Shown: piece by piece, positions 9,018 through 18,725 of the stretch
Layout of the letters: the number at the start of each line of letters is the position of its first letter
How positions within the stretch are numbered: position 1 is the first letter of the stretch
Program-made: the position numbers and the translations under genes
The notes under the pieces: model-generated
Database searches by the model: none
Told to the model about the DNA's origin: nothing
The model's input: only the letters and a program-made list of their open reading frames with translations
Origin: Candidatus Saccharimonadales bacterium
Lineage (GTDB): Bacteria > Patescibacteriota > Saccharimonadia > QS-5-54-17
Assembly: GCA_040903985.1 (NCBI GenBank)
Contig: JBBDUI010000002.1
Span: 390,038-454,037, forward strand
DNA: 64,000 nt
Direction of reading: 5' to 3'

Positions 9018-9896
9018 ATGTTGCGAACTATTCTGTTAGAACCACTGTTAAACCTATTGCTGTTGTTCTACGCCCTTATCCCGGGCGGCGATTTTGGTGT
9101 AGCGATCATCATCCTAACTATCGTCATCCGCATTCTGCTCTGGCCGCTAGTTAAGAAGCAGCTATACCACCAGAAAGCGATGCGCGCACTGCAGCCGGAA
9201 ATCGCAAAACTGAAGAAAAAGGCGAAGGGCGACAAGCAGAAAGAGTCACAGATGATGCTAGAGCTCTTTAAGGAGCGGGAGGTTAATCCCTTCGGCTCGA
9301 TCGGTCTAGCTCTAGCCCAGTTTCCTATCTTAATCGCTTTATTCTATGTCCTTCGAGAGGTTGTGACCGGTGACATCGCTGCTTCTACCTACGGTTTCAT
9401 CCAGAACTTCCCAGCAATCTCCGAGATTATCGCTAATCCAGACGCTTTCGATCCGACCCTATTCGGCTACTTTCACATGGCCGAACGCTCTCTGATACTA
9501 GCTGCTCTGGCCGGTTTAGCTCAGTTCGTCCAGGCCAAGCAGATTACTCCCCAGAACACTATCGGCAGCGATCCAGCTGCCAAGCTCGGCTTCAATATGG
9601 TGATGATCTTTCCAGTCATCACAGTCGCTATCGCTGCCAGCCTGCCTTCGGCCCTAGCTCTTTACTGGGCCTTCGGTAGCTTGATCGCCATCATCCAGCA
9701 GCGTATCGTGCTAGGTGCCGACCTTAAGTTTATGCAGCGGCTGCGCGAGCGGAAAGTAAAGAAATCTCAGCCGACCGCTCAGGAAACGAAGACCCCGGCC
9801 AAGAAGACTCCCGCTAAGCCGTCGACCACTAAGAAGCCCGCCTCGAAAAAACCTAAAGCCTCCGCTAAGAAGACAGCTAATTCGAAGAAGGGGTAA
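9018..9896 (+). CDS. yidC: membrane protein insertase YidC (short monoderm-type, Lys-rich C-tail)
   Basis: Multi-TM protein with the YidC/Oxa1 core (LLWPLVKKQ...QPEIAKLKKK). Position after rnpA. Confidence 0.85.
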   Translation: MLRTILLEPLLNLLLLFYALIPGGDFGVAIIILTIVIRILLWPLVKKQLYHQKAMRALQPEIAKLKKKAKGDKQKESQMMLELFKEREVNPFGSIGLALAQFPILIALFYVLREVVTGDIAASTYGFIQNFPAISEIIANPDAFDPTLFGYFHMAERSLILAALAGLAQFVQAKQITPQNTIGSDPAAKLGFNMVMIFPVITVAIAASLPSALALYWAFGSLIAIIQQRIVLGADLKFMQRLRERKVKKSQPTAQETKTPAKKTPAKPSTTKKPASKKPKASAKKTANSKKG

Positions 9897-9901
9897 GTCA
9901 T

Positions 9902-10360
9902 ATGGATGCTCGAGAACTCAGCGTTAAGTTTCTCGAAGACCTTATCGCCTTCTTCGGGGTGAACGTACTAGTCGAGGTCGAGGAGAACGAAGAGGACCAG
10001 GTGCTAACCCTCAACGTCCCATCCACACGGCTGAACGGCTTTTTCATCGGCTCTAACGGTGAGAATCTGAGGGCGTTGCAGCACCTGGTGAACATGTCGC
10101 TGCGCCGCAACGGCTTCGAAGACATAGCCGTCACCGTCGACGTGGCGGGGTATAAGAAGCAGCGTAACGAACGCTTGTCCCGTCAGGCCACTAAGCTGGC
10201 CGCCACGGTCAAAGAGACCGGCGAGCCGCACGAGATGCAGCCTATGACTGCCTACGAACGCCGGGTAGTGCACAAGACCCTAGGGGAGATCGACGGCATC
10301 ACTACCGAAAGCGCCGGCGCCGGCCGAGACCGCCACATCGTGATCAAAAAGGGCGAATAG
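9902..10360 (+). CDS. jag: Jag/KhpB-like RNA-binding protein (KH + R3H domains)
   Basis: C-terminal R3H motif (YERRVVHKTL). Canonical position after yidC. Confidence 0.8.
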   Translation: MDARELSVKFLEDLIAFFGVNVLVEVEENEEDQVLTLNVPSTRLNGFFIGSNGENLRALQHLVNMSLRRNGFEDIAVTVDVAGYKKQRNERLSRQATKLAATVKETGEPHEMQPMTAYERRVVHKTLGEIDGITTESAGAGRDRHIVIKKGE

Positions 10361-11851
10361 CTACTCGACGATAAACGGCGAGACAACTCTCTGCGCCGAT
10401 TGGTTCATACTCTCAACTAGCGGATTATCCCAGTACCAAGTGTCACTACTGCGATACCAAAAACTCATAACCCCACCACCGTTCATCATGGCGAGCGACA
10501 CCACCACTACAGCTACCACCTTTAGTCGGTCAAATCGCTGCAGTAGCTTGGTTAAGGCAGCTCCGAGCACGGCTATCAGCGGCAGTGCTACTATCAGTAA
10601 GTAGCGGCCGTTAGCCCCGGCTACCCGGCCGGTGTAGTTATAGCTACCGGTATAGTTGAGATACCAGATAACCGTGGCGTAGAATAGGGCCGCTAGCGCC
10701 AGAAATACCATTTCCGGGCGTCTGAATATCTGTTTGGCGTAGATGATGGCAGCGACTATTCCGGCTATGAATATGGCAGTAGCTCCGAGCGCGGGCAGGG
10801 GTAACGGCGGGAAGTTGTGGTACCTATCGATCGGTACATCACCATTAATCATGAAAAATGTCCGATACCACATACCGCCGATCCAGCGACTACTGTGATC
10901 GCTAAAACTAGGCGAGAAGCCAGGAACCGGATTCTGAGCGTATTGGTAGGTGCGCTCAAACGGACCAGTCTCCATGCACTGTTCAAAGGTTAAGACTTCT
11001 TCACAGCCCGGGGCGGTCGCACCGTATCTGATGAGGTTTATACCGTAGCGTTCGATAAATAATCCCGATCCTAGGATGAGCAGGACAATGAGTGGCACCC
11101 TTAGTAGACTACTTATACCGCGCCAGCGCAGGCCTATCTCTTGGCTAAAGCCACTTAGACTCTGCCCTCGAAATGCATACCCGCCATAGCTTGCGATAAA
11201 CAGTACCGCTGTTAAGCCGATAGGTAGCGCTGCCTGTTTGACCACCCCCGCAAAAGCGATCAGAATGATGACTCCCAGTAGGCTGAGCAGGTCGAGCTCA
11301 CTATTCTGCAGTCGCTGAATGACCTTAATGCTCAGGTAAAACAGTGCACTTATCAGTAGGATCAATAAGTTGTCGTAGCTAATGTGGGCGGCTAGCAGAG
11401 GAGTGATAGGAATCAGGGTGAAGAGAAGCAGGCCGACATTTGTTAGGGCAGAGGAGAGATTTAGTTGCCGGAAGGCACGGCGGAATAGCAGTAGGCTAGC
11501 GGCAAAGAAGCCGACATTAATTATGCGTAAGATTATGATCTGAGCTATCTGGTTATCGGTAAAAACAGTTATTAGCCGATACGGGAAGCTCATGAGATAG
11601 TGGAAAAAATAAGAGGTATCCCGGGTGACTACACCGAGGTGGTTGGCGTAGCTGGGATGTTCGGTGATGAACGGTGACCACTGCTGAGAGTAGACTTGAA
11701 TGAAGCTGAAGTGATAAGCCTCATCAAACGCCATCGGGTAGAGTGCTGAGCTAACCAGCCATAGCGCCTGGAATACAAACAGTCCGATTACCGTCCAGAA
11801 AAATAGTGGGGAGCCGAGAAACTGCTTTATTTTTAGGAGAATACTGTTCAT
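10361..11851 (-). CDS. polytopic membrane glycosyltransferase, GT-C fold (DUF2142/ArnT/PMT-like)
   Basis: More than 10 predicted TM helices. First-loop acidic motif AFDEAYHF. Paralogue of the 31370..32794 protein (DEQYHF). Confidence 0.5.
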   Translation of the reverse strand: MNSILLKIKQFLGSPLFFWTVIGLFVFQALWLVSSALYPMAFDEAYHFSFIQVYSQQWSPFITEHPSYANHLGVVTRDTSYFFHYLMSFPYRLITVFTDNQIAQIIILRIINVGFFAASLLLFRRAFRQLNLSSALTNVGLLLFTLIPITPLLAAHISYDNLLILLISALFYLSIKVIQRLQNSELDLLSLLGVIILIAFAGVVKQAALPIGLTAVLFIASYGGYAFRGQSLSGFSQEIGLRWRGISSLLRVPLIVLLILGSGLFIERYGINLIRYGATAPGCEEVLTFEQCMETGPFERTYQYAQNPVPGFSPSFSDHSSRWIGGMWYRTFFMINGDVPIDRYHNFPPLPLPALGATAIFIAGIVAAIIYAKQIFRRPEMVFLALAALFYATVIWYLNYTGSYNYTGRVAGANGRYLLIVALPLIAVLGAALTKLLQRFDRLKVVAVVVVSLAMMNGGGVMSFWYRSSDTWYWDNPLVESMNQSAQRVVSPFIVE

Positions 11852-11884
11852 TGCCTCTAATTCTATAGTCTTAACGGTTCAAGT

Positions 11885-12892
11885 CTAGCCATTGGAGGAG
11901 CGACTGAGGAGTCGGTATAGCTTCTTTTGCTTTTGGGTGGGAGAGAGATCGTGATAGAGTAGCGCATCGATTGTCTCCGCCGACACGACGCTATCGCGTT
12001 GGATCTGCCGACGGTCGCGCAAAATAGACGCTAAGTTAGTAAATATATCGCCCCAGGCCTTGAGTACAGGCTTAAACTGCAGATGAGCTAACAGGGAAAA
12101 GCTCTTTAGCTTAAGCCCAATGATCACTTTAGGTAGGTGACGCCAGAAAAGCTTACGGGGCATGTTTTTAGCATATAAATACCACATGTTTTTCAGCATA
12201 TGGTACTGGGAGAAAGAGCCGAGTTTGCTACTGGTACCGCCGATATGGTGATAAACGTGTGCCTTCGGCTCATAGCGAACACTCCAGCCCGCTAGCTGCG
12301 CCCGGAAGCTTATGTCGACGTCCTCGTAGTAGGCGAAGAAGCGCTGATCGAACATACCTATCTGTTTAAACAGCTCAGCACGATACAGGCTAGCCCCACC
12401 GCTGGCTGCAAATACTGGCCTCTGCTCTTCGGAATCATACTGACCGGTATCGATCTCGCCTCGGCCGCGGGGGAAAGGCGTGCCCCAGATAGAGTATTGT
12501 TCGCCGGTACTATCAAGTTTCTTACGGTCGATAGCCAGCATCTTGCTTGCAACAATGGAGATTGACGCATCACTGTCCATAGTCCCAGTTAAAGTCTCTA
12601 TCCAGTTTACAGCCGCTTCAGCATCGTTATTGAACAGAGCAATATATTCATAGTTCTTGGCTAAAGCGGCTTCAATTCCAGCATTTACTCCACCAGTAAA
12701 ACCATAATTATGATCTAGCTTAACTACTTCTACTTCTGGAAAGCTGTTCTCAACTAGCTTGACGGACCTATCGGTAGACCCGTTATCAACTAATATGACG
12801 TGTACTGGCACGGTCTGGTTTTTGAGTGAATCCAAGCATCGGTCAAGTAGTCCGATGCCGTTCCAGTTGGGAATAACTACCGCTGTCTTCAT
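11885..12892 (-). CDS. glycosyltransferase family 2
   Basis: N-terminal AVVIPNWNG...ILVDNGSTD GT2 signature, DxD-type region. Confidence 0.8.
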   Translation of the reverse strand: MKTAVVIPNWNGIGLLDRCLDSLKNQTVPVHVILVDNGSTDRSVKLVENSFPEVEVVKLDHNYGFTGGVNAGIEAALAKNYEYIALFNNDAEAAVNWIETLTGTMDSDASISIVASKMLAIDRKKLDSTGEQYSIWGTPFPRGRGEIDTGQYDSEEQRPVFAASGGASLYRAELFKQIGMFDQRFFAYYEDVDISFRAQLAGWSVRYEPKAHVYHHIGGTSSKLGSFSQYHMLKNMWYLYAKNMPRKLFWRHLPKVIIGLKLKSFSLLAHLQFKPVLKAWGDIFTNLASILRDRRQIQRDSVVSAETIDALLYHDLSPTQKQKKLYRLLSRSSNG

Positions 12893-12928
12893 TAGCGGTA
12901 TTATACCTGATGATCTATAATTGCCCCT

Positions 12929-13732
12929 ATGGTGAGTTTAAGTAACATATTTCGAGCAGAAAACCGATACCTACTGAAAGAAATGATAAGAACTAACTTT
13001 AAATTGCGATATCAGGGATCGGTTCTTGGGTATTTGTGGTCACTATTAAAACCAATGTTCATGTTTGGGATACTGTACTTGGTATTTACTCAGTTTTTAC
13101 GATTTGGTGAAGAGGTGCCCAATTTTGCCGTTTCTCTGTTACTTGGAATCGTTCTCTGGACATTCTTTAGCGAAGCTACAATTAATAGCCTCTCTTCTAT
13201 AGTGGAAAAAGGTGATCTCATTAGAAAAATAAAGATACCGCGTTATACCATAGTTTTGGCTTCGGTCGCTATCGCTGGAATAAACCTGATACTTAATATC
13301 GGAGTTGTGATGGCATTTATTCTTATTTCTGGCATATCACTAACCTGGAGCTCATTGCTCTTCCCACTGCTACTTGCAGAGCTGTTAATCATAACAACTG
13401 CAGTAAGTTTTTTTCTGTCCGCAGCATTCGTACGGTTTCGGGACATAAGTTATATATGGGAAGTTATGTTGCAAGGTATGTTCTACCTGGTCCCCCTATT
13501 GTACCCACTGTCGATGATACCGAATGAACTAGCAAGAAAGTTTATTATGTTGAATCCCTTAGCGCAGATTGTTCAAGACTCACGTGCTGTTCTTACCCAT
13601 TCTGGCACCACTACTGTGTACGATATTTTTAGCGTGTTTTGGGTGGTGCCTTTTATTATCATTGTTGTAATGGTCGTAGTTTCAACCTTGTTCTTCAAGA
13701 AAGAATCGATTAACTTTGCTGAGAATGTATAG
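12929..13732 (+). CDS. wzm: ABC-2 type polysaccharide export permease (Wzm/TagG-like)
   Basis: Six-TM ABC-2 permease with an N-terminal F..RY..S.LGY.W motif, immediately upstream of the ATPase. Confidence 0.8.
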   Translation: MVSLSNIFRAENRYLLKEMIRTNFKLRYQGSVLGYLWSLLKPMFMFGILYLVFTQFLRFGEEVPNFAVSLLLGIVLWTFFSEATINSLSSIVEKGDLIRKIKIPRYTIVLASVAIAGINLILNIGVVMAFILISGISLTWSSLLFPLLLAELLIITTAVSFFLSAAFVRFRDISYIWEVMLQGMFYLVPLLYPLSMIPNELARKFIMLNPLAQIVQDSRAVLTHSGTTTVYDIFSVFWVVPFIIIVVMVVVSTLFFKKESINFAENV

Positions 13733-14956
13733 ATGATAACACCTAATCAAATCATCAGTGTAAAAGAACTTTCAAAAAGCTTTGTACTACCGCATCACAA
13801 AAAAACAAAGCTGAAGGATTACGTTACACATCCAATTACACGAAACAGTAAAGAAGTTCAATATGCGCTTTCTGACATAAACTTCTCAATAGACAAGGGT
13901 GAGTTTGTCGGGATTGTTGGCAGGAATGGATCAGGCAAAAGCACACTACTCAAGTGTCTCGCCGGGGTCTACGCGCCAAGTGAGGGGTCCATATATGTAG
14001 GTGGAAAATTGGTCCCTTTTATTGAGCTAGGAGTGGGCTTTAATCATGAACTGTCAGGGAAGGATAATGTCTACCTTAACGGTGCTCTACTTGGTTTCAG
14101 TACTCAACAAATGAATGAGATGTATGACGATATTGTTGAGTTTGCGGAACTTGAGCATTTCATGGATCAAAAACTTAAGAACTATTCATCTGGCATGCAG
14201 GTGCGACTAGCGTTTTCAATTGCAATCCGCGTCAAAAGCGACATCTTACTAATAGATGAAGTACTAGCCGTAGGAGACGCTAATTTCCAGAGAAAGTGTT
14301 TTAGCTATTTTGACTCATTAAAATCTTCTGATACTACTGTAGTGTTCGTGTCGCATGATATGGAGGCGGTTAAGCGGTTTTGCGATAAGGCAATCTTACT
14401 TGAAGAAGGGAAATTAATAGCGATTGATGACCCTCAGGAAATCGCCGCAAATTATTTCGAAAGCAATAGAAAGAAACTCGAAGACGAGGCATCTCAGGGG
14501 TCTAAACCGGTAGCAACTGGTACGAAACAAGCCGAAATTAAAGAGGTTGTCCTCACTGACCAACTTGGCAAGCAGCGCAAAACATACAGCGCTGGTCAAG
14601 ATATTAATGTTGAGTTGAAAATTGCTGTAAACGCAGATATAGAAGAGCGAACCTTAGCTGGAATAGTGGTTAATAATGATGACACAGCAAAGCCACAGTT
14701 CTGGACTAATACCAAATGGAACGACGTCCCGGTTCCTAATCTGAAGAAAGGGGACGAAATCTCAATCACATTCCATATTCAGAATATTTTTCCTAATGGA
14801 GAGTATTCCGTCGAGTGTGCTTTTAAGAAGGAGGATAGAGAAGATGACTACAGCCGGTTGCAAAAAGCAGCTAGTTTTAAAGTAGTCAGAAATGAGAAAA
14901 ATGCGTGGCTTTATCACCCTAATGTCTCGGTTGAGATAAGTAGGCCTAGCCTTTGA
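13733..14956 (+). CDS. wzt: ABC transporter ATP-binding protein (Wzt/TagH-like) with C-terminal substrate-binding extension
   Basis: Walker A GRNGSGKST, signature YSSGMQVRLAF, Walker B LLIDEV. An extra roughly 150-aa C-terminal beta-rich domain, as in Wzt carbohydrate-binding modules. Confidence 0.8.
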   Translation: MITPNQIISVKELSKSFVLPHHKKTKLKDYVTHPITRNSKEVQYALSDINFSIDKGEFVGIVGRNGSGKSTLLKCLAGVYAPSEGSIYVGGKLVPFIELGVGFNHELSGKDNVYLNGALLGFSTQQMNEMYDDIVEFAELEHFMDQKLKNYSSGMQVRLAFSIAIRVKSDILLIDEVLAVGDANFQRKCFSYFDSLKSSDTTVVFVSHDMEAVKRFCDKAILLEEGKLIAIDDPQEIAANYFESNRKKLEDEASQGSKPVATGTKQAEIKEVVLTDQLGKQRKTYSAGQDINVELKIAVNADIEERTLAGIVVNNDDTAKPQFWTNTKWNDVPVPNLKKGDEISITFHIQNIFPNGEYSVECAFKKEDREDDYSRLQKAASFKVVRNEKNAWLYHPNVSVEISRPSL

Positions 14957-15965
14957 TCAGCCGCGATACTAAGTGCTTAACTTGCGATAGCTTTTTAGCT
15001 ACTTTATAAGGCCCAGACAGTTCGACTCGCTCTAGCTTGTCATGTGTTTCACGGTGATTCCGTTCTAACTCTATGAGCTTGTTGCTTAATCTTGATATTT
15101 CTTCTCTCGAGCGAATGAACTCGGGTACTAGCTGTGCTGGCCTTGGGACGGTATCTCTCTCCGTTGGGTGGATGTACTCGTAATTAACGTCATCTTCTGA
15201 GTGATGACTCTTTTGAACATACTTCTGAAATGCTGACTCGGCATTCATAGCTTCTGGGATATGCTCAAAATAATTCTCATAACTATCGATAATATACTGG
15301 GGAACCCCATAGCCCCTTACGACTTCAAGCTGGTGAACTGTGTCTGCATGATATCTGAGAATATCCTGGTATTTAAGTAGAAAGAAGTAGGCAAAGAAGC
15401 GACTCGTTATATACTGTTTTGGCAATGGAAAGTTGAAAACCCACTCATAATCTATCAAGGTCCATTCTCCCTGAGCCGATTCGATAAAGTTATCCAGGTT
15501 GAGGTCTGCTATACCCGGGATTACGCACTCTACTTCGCGGTTAAAATTTTTGCCAAATACTTTTTTGTATTCGGGGTTATTCACAGGATTACAGATAGTT
15601 GTAGGGAGCGAGTCCACGATCGACAGGAGTTTATTAATTATAGACTTAACCACCCCTTCATCGCCGCCAAGCATACTCCGTAAGAGCTTCCGTTCTATAT
15701 TGACACCTTTTATAAATGGAAATTCGACGCCACTGTCTAGCTTAGAGGGGATGACGATGTCTAGTCCGGGTATCTTATCGATCAACACGTTGAGCTGCCC
15801 ATAGGAAGCCAGCATAGCGTGTAGGTGATCTAGAGACTCTCCACCCATACTCTGCTTGGCTACATGCCTACTATCGTCGTCTTGGTAGATGGAGGTTGTA
15901 ATCGCGAATTTTGGCTGTCGCCCAGACTGGCTTACATAATAAAGGAGCTGTCGCTGTGCACTCAT
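14946..15965 (-). CDS. protein-kinase-like phosphotransferase (APH/ChoK/LPS-kinase fold), WbdD-kinase-like candidate
   Basis: Catalytic-loop-like ADLNLDNF and IDYEW motifs. Translationally coupled with the downstream methyltransferase (4-nt overlap). Confidence 0.5.
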   Translation of the reverse strand: MSAQRQLLYYVSQSGRQPKFAITTSIYQDDDSRHVAKQSMGGESLDHLHAMLASYGQLNVLIDKIPGLDIVIPSKLDSGVEFPFIKGVNIERKLLRSMLGGDEGVVKSIINKLLSIVDSLPTTICNPVNNPEYKKVFGKNFNREVECVIPGIADLNLDNFIESAQGEWTLIDYEWVFNFPLPKQYITSRFFAYFFLLKYQDILRYHADTVHQLEVVRGYGVPQYIIDSYENYFEHIPEAMNAESAFQKYVQKSHHSEDDVNYEYIHPTERDTVPRPAQLVPEFIRSREEISRLSNKLIELERNHRETHDKLERVELSGPYKVAKKLSQVKHLVSRLIKG

Positions 15966-16906
15966 ACTGTTGCCTCAACTAAAAATGAGTTAGAAAACTG
16001 AGGGAACAGATTATTATCCTCAAGGGCGATCATAGCGAGAGCTTCTGAGAAGAGTACTACCCGAGATTGGTCATATGTAGGAGTCGGGAGCTGATTAAGC
16101 GGAAACTCAGCACCGTTGCCTGGATGATATCCGTCACTATATATTAAACGAGCATGCTTATAGTCGGGGAATGGATAAAAGAACTGAGCTTTTTTAAAGC
16201 TAGAGGCGGCGAATAGACTCTCTAGTTCAAGCCTACCAAAGGTTTGGACCTTCTTTTCGGTAGGATACTGATTCAAGCCGTCAAAGAAGTTCCCTGTATG
16301 GTCTTCACGTGCTCCAGCCCAGTATTTAAGACCAAGTCGATTTTCGATAGCGAGAAGTAGCCTGCCGCTGGGTTTGAGTTTTTCCGCGAGCAGTCGCAGG
16401 AATTCGTTATAAGGCGAAGAATGGTCGATGAAAGTGCCTGCATACTCTAACACCCCTACACAGACTATATAGTCATACTGGTCTTTACTATCCATACGCT
16501 CTAAGTTTCCTACCAGTAGTTCTAGATTGTCCGCGTTCTGGTTCCGATATGCGTTCACAAGGGTGCGACGCAGTGTTAGCTCAAGTGCTGTAACCTGGAT
16601 AGGTTTTTTTACTAATGACTCTGTAATAGCGCCACATCCAGCACCAATCTCAAGCACTGAGGATTCAGGCCTAAAGTCATACCAGTCAACGATGCTGCCT
16701 CGCAAGGGGGAGAGGTGGTAGTATTGCTCCCAAGAGGGGTTCTTATCTAATATTTCTTCTCGTTTAGCTTGGACGCCAGGTCCTTTGAAAAGCTCAAGGA
16801 GGTCTTCTTCGATCTTGCCATCAGAATAGCGTTCATCAATATCGCTGGAAAGGTAGGAAATATTAACTTTTCCGACCTGGGGGGGCTTATTTGTGCTTTT
16901 ACTCAT
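15962..16906 (-). CDS. class I SAM-dependent methyltransferase
   Basis: Motif I VLEIGAGCGAIT, motif II-like YDYIVCVGVLEY. Confidence 0.75.
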   Translation of the reverse strand: MSKSTNKPPQVGKVNISYLSSDIDERYSDGKIEEDLLELFKGPGVQAKREEILDKNPSWEQYYHLSPLRGSIVDWYDFRPESSVLEIGAGCGAITESLVKKPIQVTALELTLRRTLVNAYRNQNADNLELLVGNLERMDSKDQYDYIVCVGVLEYAGTFIDHSSPYNEFLRLLAEKLKPSGRLLLAIENRLGLKYWAGAREDHTGNFFDGLNQYPTEKKVQTFGRLELESLFAASSFKKAQFFYPFPDYKHARLIYSDGYHPGNGAEFPLNQLPTPTYDQSRVVLFSEALAMIALEDNNLFPQFSNSFLVEATV

Positions 16907-16918
16907 GATCTACGCCTA

Positions 16919-18721
16919 TTATGAAGATTTATTATTATTTTGGTAGTCTCTAACGCCGCTCTTGATCGCTTCAAGGGCAGCGCGCAAAGCACGGGGGGCG
17001 CTTCGAGCAATAGCAACTGCAATCAAGGGATTCTTAACGAGCAAGGTTGTGAGGTACCAGATTCGCGATAGTCTTCTCTGGAGTTGTGCTCGAATTCCAA
17101 ATAATTCAGGATGCAGCCCAGCGATTCGTCTGTAAAATTCCATTTCTCGTTTGGCTACTTGAGTGTTACGGCTCATAGACGAGTCATGATATCGATAGCT
17201 GAAGATGGGCTCGTCGTGGTATCCGAACTTCGCTCCCGCTTCGTAGAGAGTAAGATATAGCTCCCAGTCTTCAACTCCATCTCTCATCTCTTCTTTATAT
17301 CCTCCTATCTGCTTAAGGTAAGAGGTCTTAATTAGTGAGCTATTGTGCACATAGCTTCTTTGTAGCATCGAACGAATATTAAAGGGTCGAGCCTTAATGA
17401 CGTCATTAGTCGCCCCAAAAACTTTCATGTCGGTATAGACGATAGCATACCCACCAGAGTGGGCTGTGTTTATCAATTTCTCGACATAATCATTCTCGAT
17501 TTTATCATCAGCATCTAAGAATATAGTCCAGTATGTAGAAGTTTTTTCTATACCAAGATTTTTAGTGGCCACTACACCCTTATTCTGCTGATGAATAATC
17601 TCCACTAATGGGTTGTCCTTATATGTGTCAATTACCGCTCGACTATTGTCTGTTGAGCCATCATTAATAATCAGAACTTTCTTGGGCGGAATAGTTTGTC
17701 GAAGGGCAGAATCAATAGCCTCTTGAACGTAGTTTCCGTAGTTATAGCATGGGATTATGAATGTAGCATCACGGGGTTCGTATTCGTTGAGATGATTGTT
17801 ATAAGTTTCACCAAGGGGCATAATCTTCTGTCGTTTATACAGGTGTTGCTTCATGTGTAGCTTGTTCCAGACATAAGCTCGGATACGAACTTGGATGCTT
17901 GATTTCAGTGGCCTAAGGAGTGATCTGGTAACCTCCTTGAAATAGTTGCGCCGGAACTCGCGCACAAATTTATTATCAAAGTTCTTGATAGCATACATGT
18001 ACCTGTTTCGATGCATCATGTAGAGGTAATATGAATTTTTTTTGTTGACTCGCGTGGTGCTTGCTGCAACCTTGTGCCAAGCTACGGCCCTTGGATTATA
18101 GTAGGTGCGGTAACCAGCTCTTAAGAGGCGCGCGGTAAGGTCGGTTTCTTCATAGTAGGTGAAAAAATCATCATCTAAATAGCCGACTTTTTTAAGGGAT
18201 TCAGTTTTTACCATCATGCAGGCACCAGAGATGGCATCTACTGATCGTTCCTCTTCTCCTACGAGAGAAGTGTAAGTATTTCCGGTAGATTGGTCTACCT
18301 CCTGAAAGGCAAAGTAGTCATTGGTTGCATCTTGTGCCGGATTTTCATCATTCCACATGTACTGTTTTCCGCCAACTACAGCAGCATCAGGATGGGAATT
18401 AAAACTATCTAGGGCGTGATTGATCCACTCCGGATCCATGACCAGATCATTATTGACGAGAATAATAAAATCACCTTTTGCAACCTCTTTTCCTGCAATG
18501 TGGCCACCAGTAAATCCAGTATTGGTGGGCAAATCAATGTAGATAATATCGTCTAGGGCACTTAGGTATTCCTTCGACCCATCAACTGATCCGTTATCGA
18601 CCACAATTATCTCAATGTTCTCGTAATGTAATTCGCCAATAGATTTAAGGCACTGTTTGGTGTCCTCAAGCCCGTTCCAGTTTACAATTACAATGCTAAC
18701 TAGTGGTAATTTATCGTTCAT
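16919..18721 (-). CDS. dual-domain glycosyltransferase (two GT2 modules)
   Basis: Two GT2 signatures (LVSIVIVNWNG...VVDNGS and FIIPCYNYG...IINDGSTD). Preferred ATG at 18721 (MNDKLPLVSIVIV), 4 nt after the upstream gene stop; the ORF track extends to 18757. Confidence 0.75.
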   Translation of the reverse strand: MNDKLPLVSIVIVNWNGLEDTKQCLKSIGELHYENIEIIVVDNGSVDGSKEYLSALDDIIYIDLPTNTGFTGGHIAGKEVAKGDFIILVNNDLVMDPEWINHALDSFNSHPDAAVVGGKQYMWNDENPAQDATNDYFAFQEVDQSTGNTYTSLVGEEERSVDAISGACMMVKTESLKKVGYLDDDFFTYYEETDLTARLLRAGYRTYYNPRAVAWHKVAASTTRVNKKNSYYLYMMHRNRYMYAIKNFDNKFVREFRRNYFKEVTRSLLRPLKSSIQVRIRAYVWNKLHMKQHLYKRQKIMPLGETYNNHLNEYEPRDATFIIPCYNYGNYVQEAIDSALRQTIPPKKVLIINDGSTDNSRAVIDTYKDNPLVEIIHQQNKGVVATKNLGIEKTSTYWTIFLDADDKIENDYVEKLINTAHSGGYAIVYTDMKVFGATNDVIKARPFNIRSMLQRSYVHNSSLIKTSYLKQIGGYKEEMRDGVEDWELYLTLYEAGAKFGYHDEPIFSYRYHDSSMSRNTQVAKREMEFYRRIAGLHPELFGIRAQLQRRLSRIWYLTTLLVKNPLIAVAIARSAPRALRAALEAIKSGVRDYQNNNKSS

Positions 18722-18725
18722 GCCT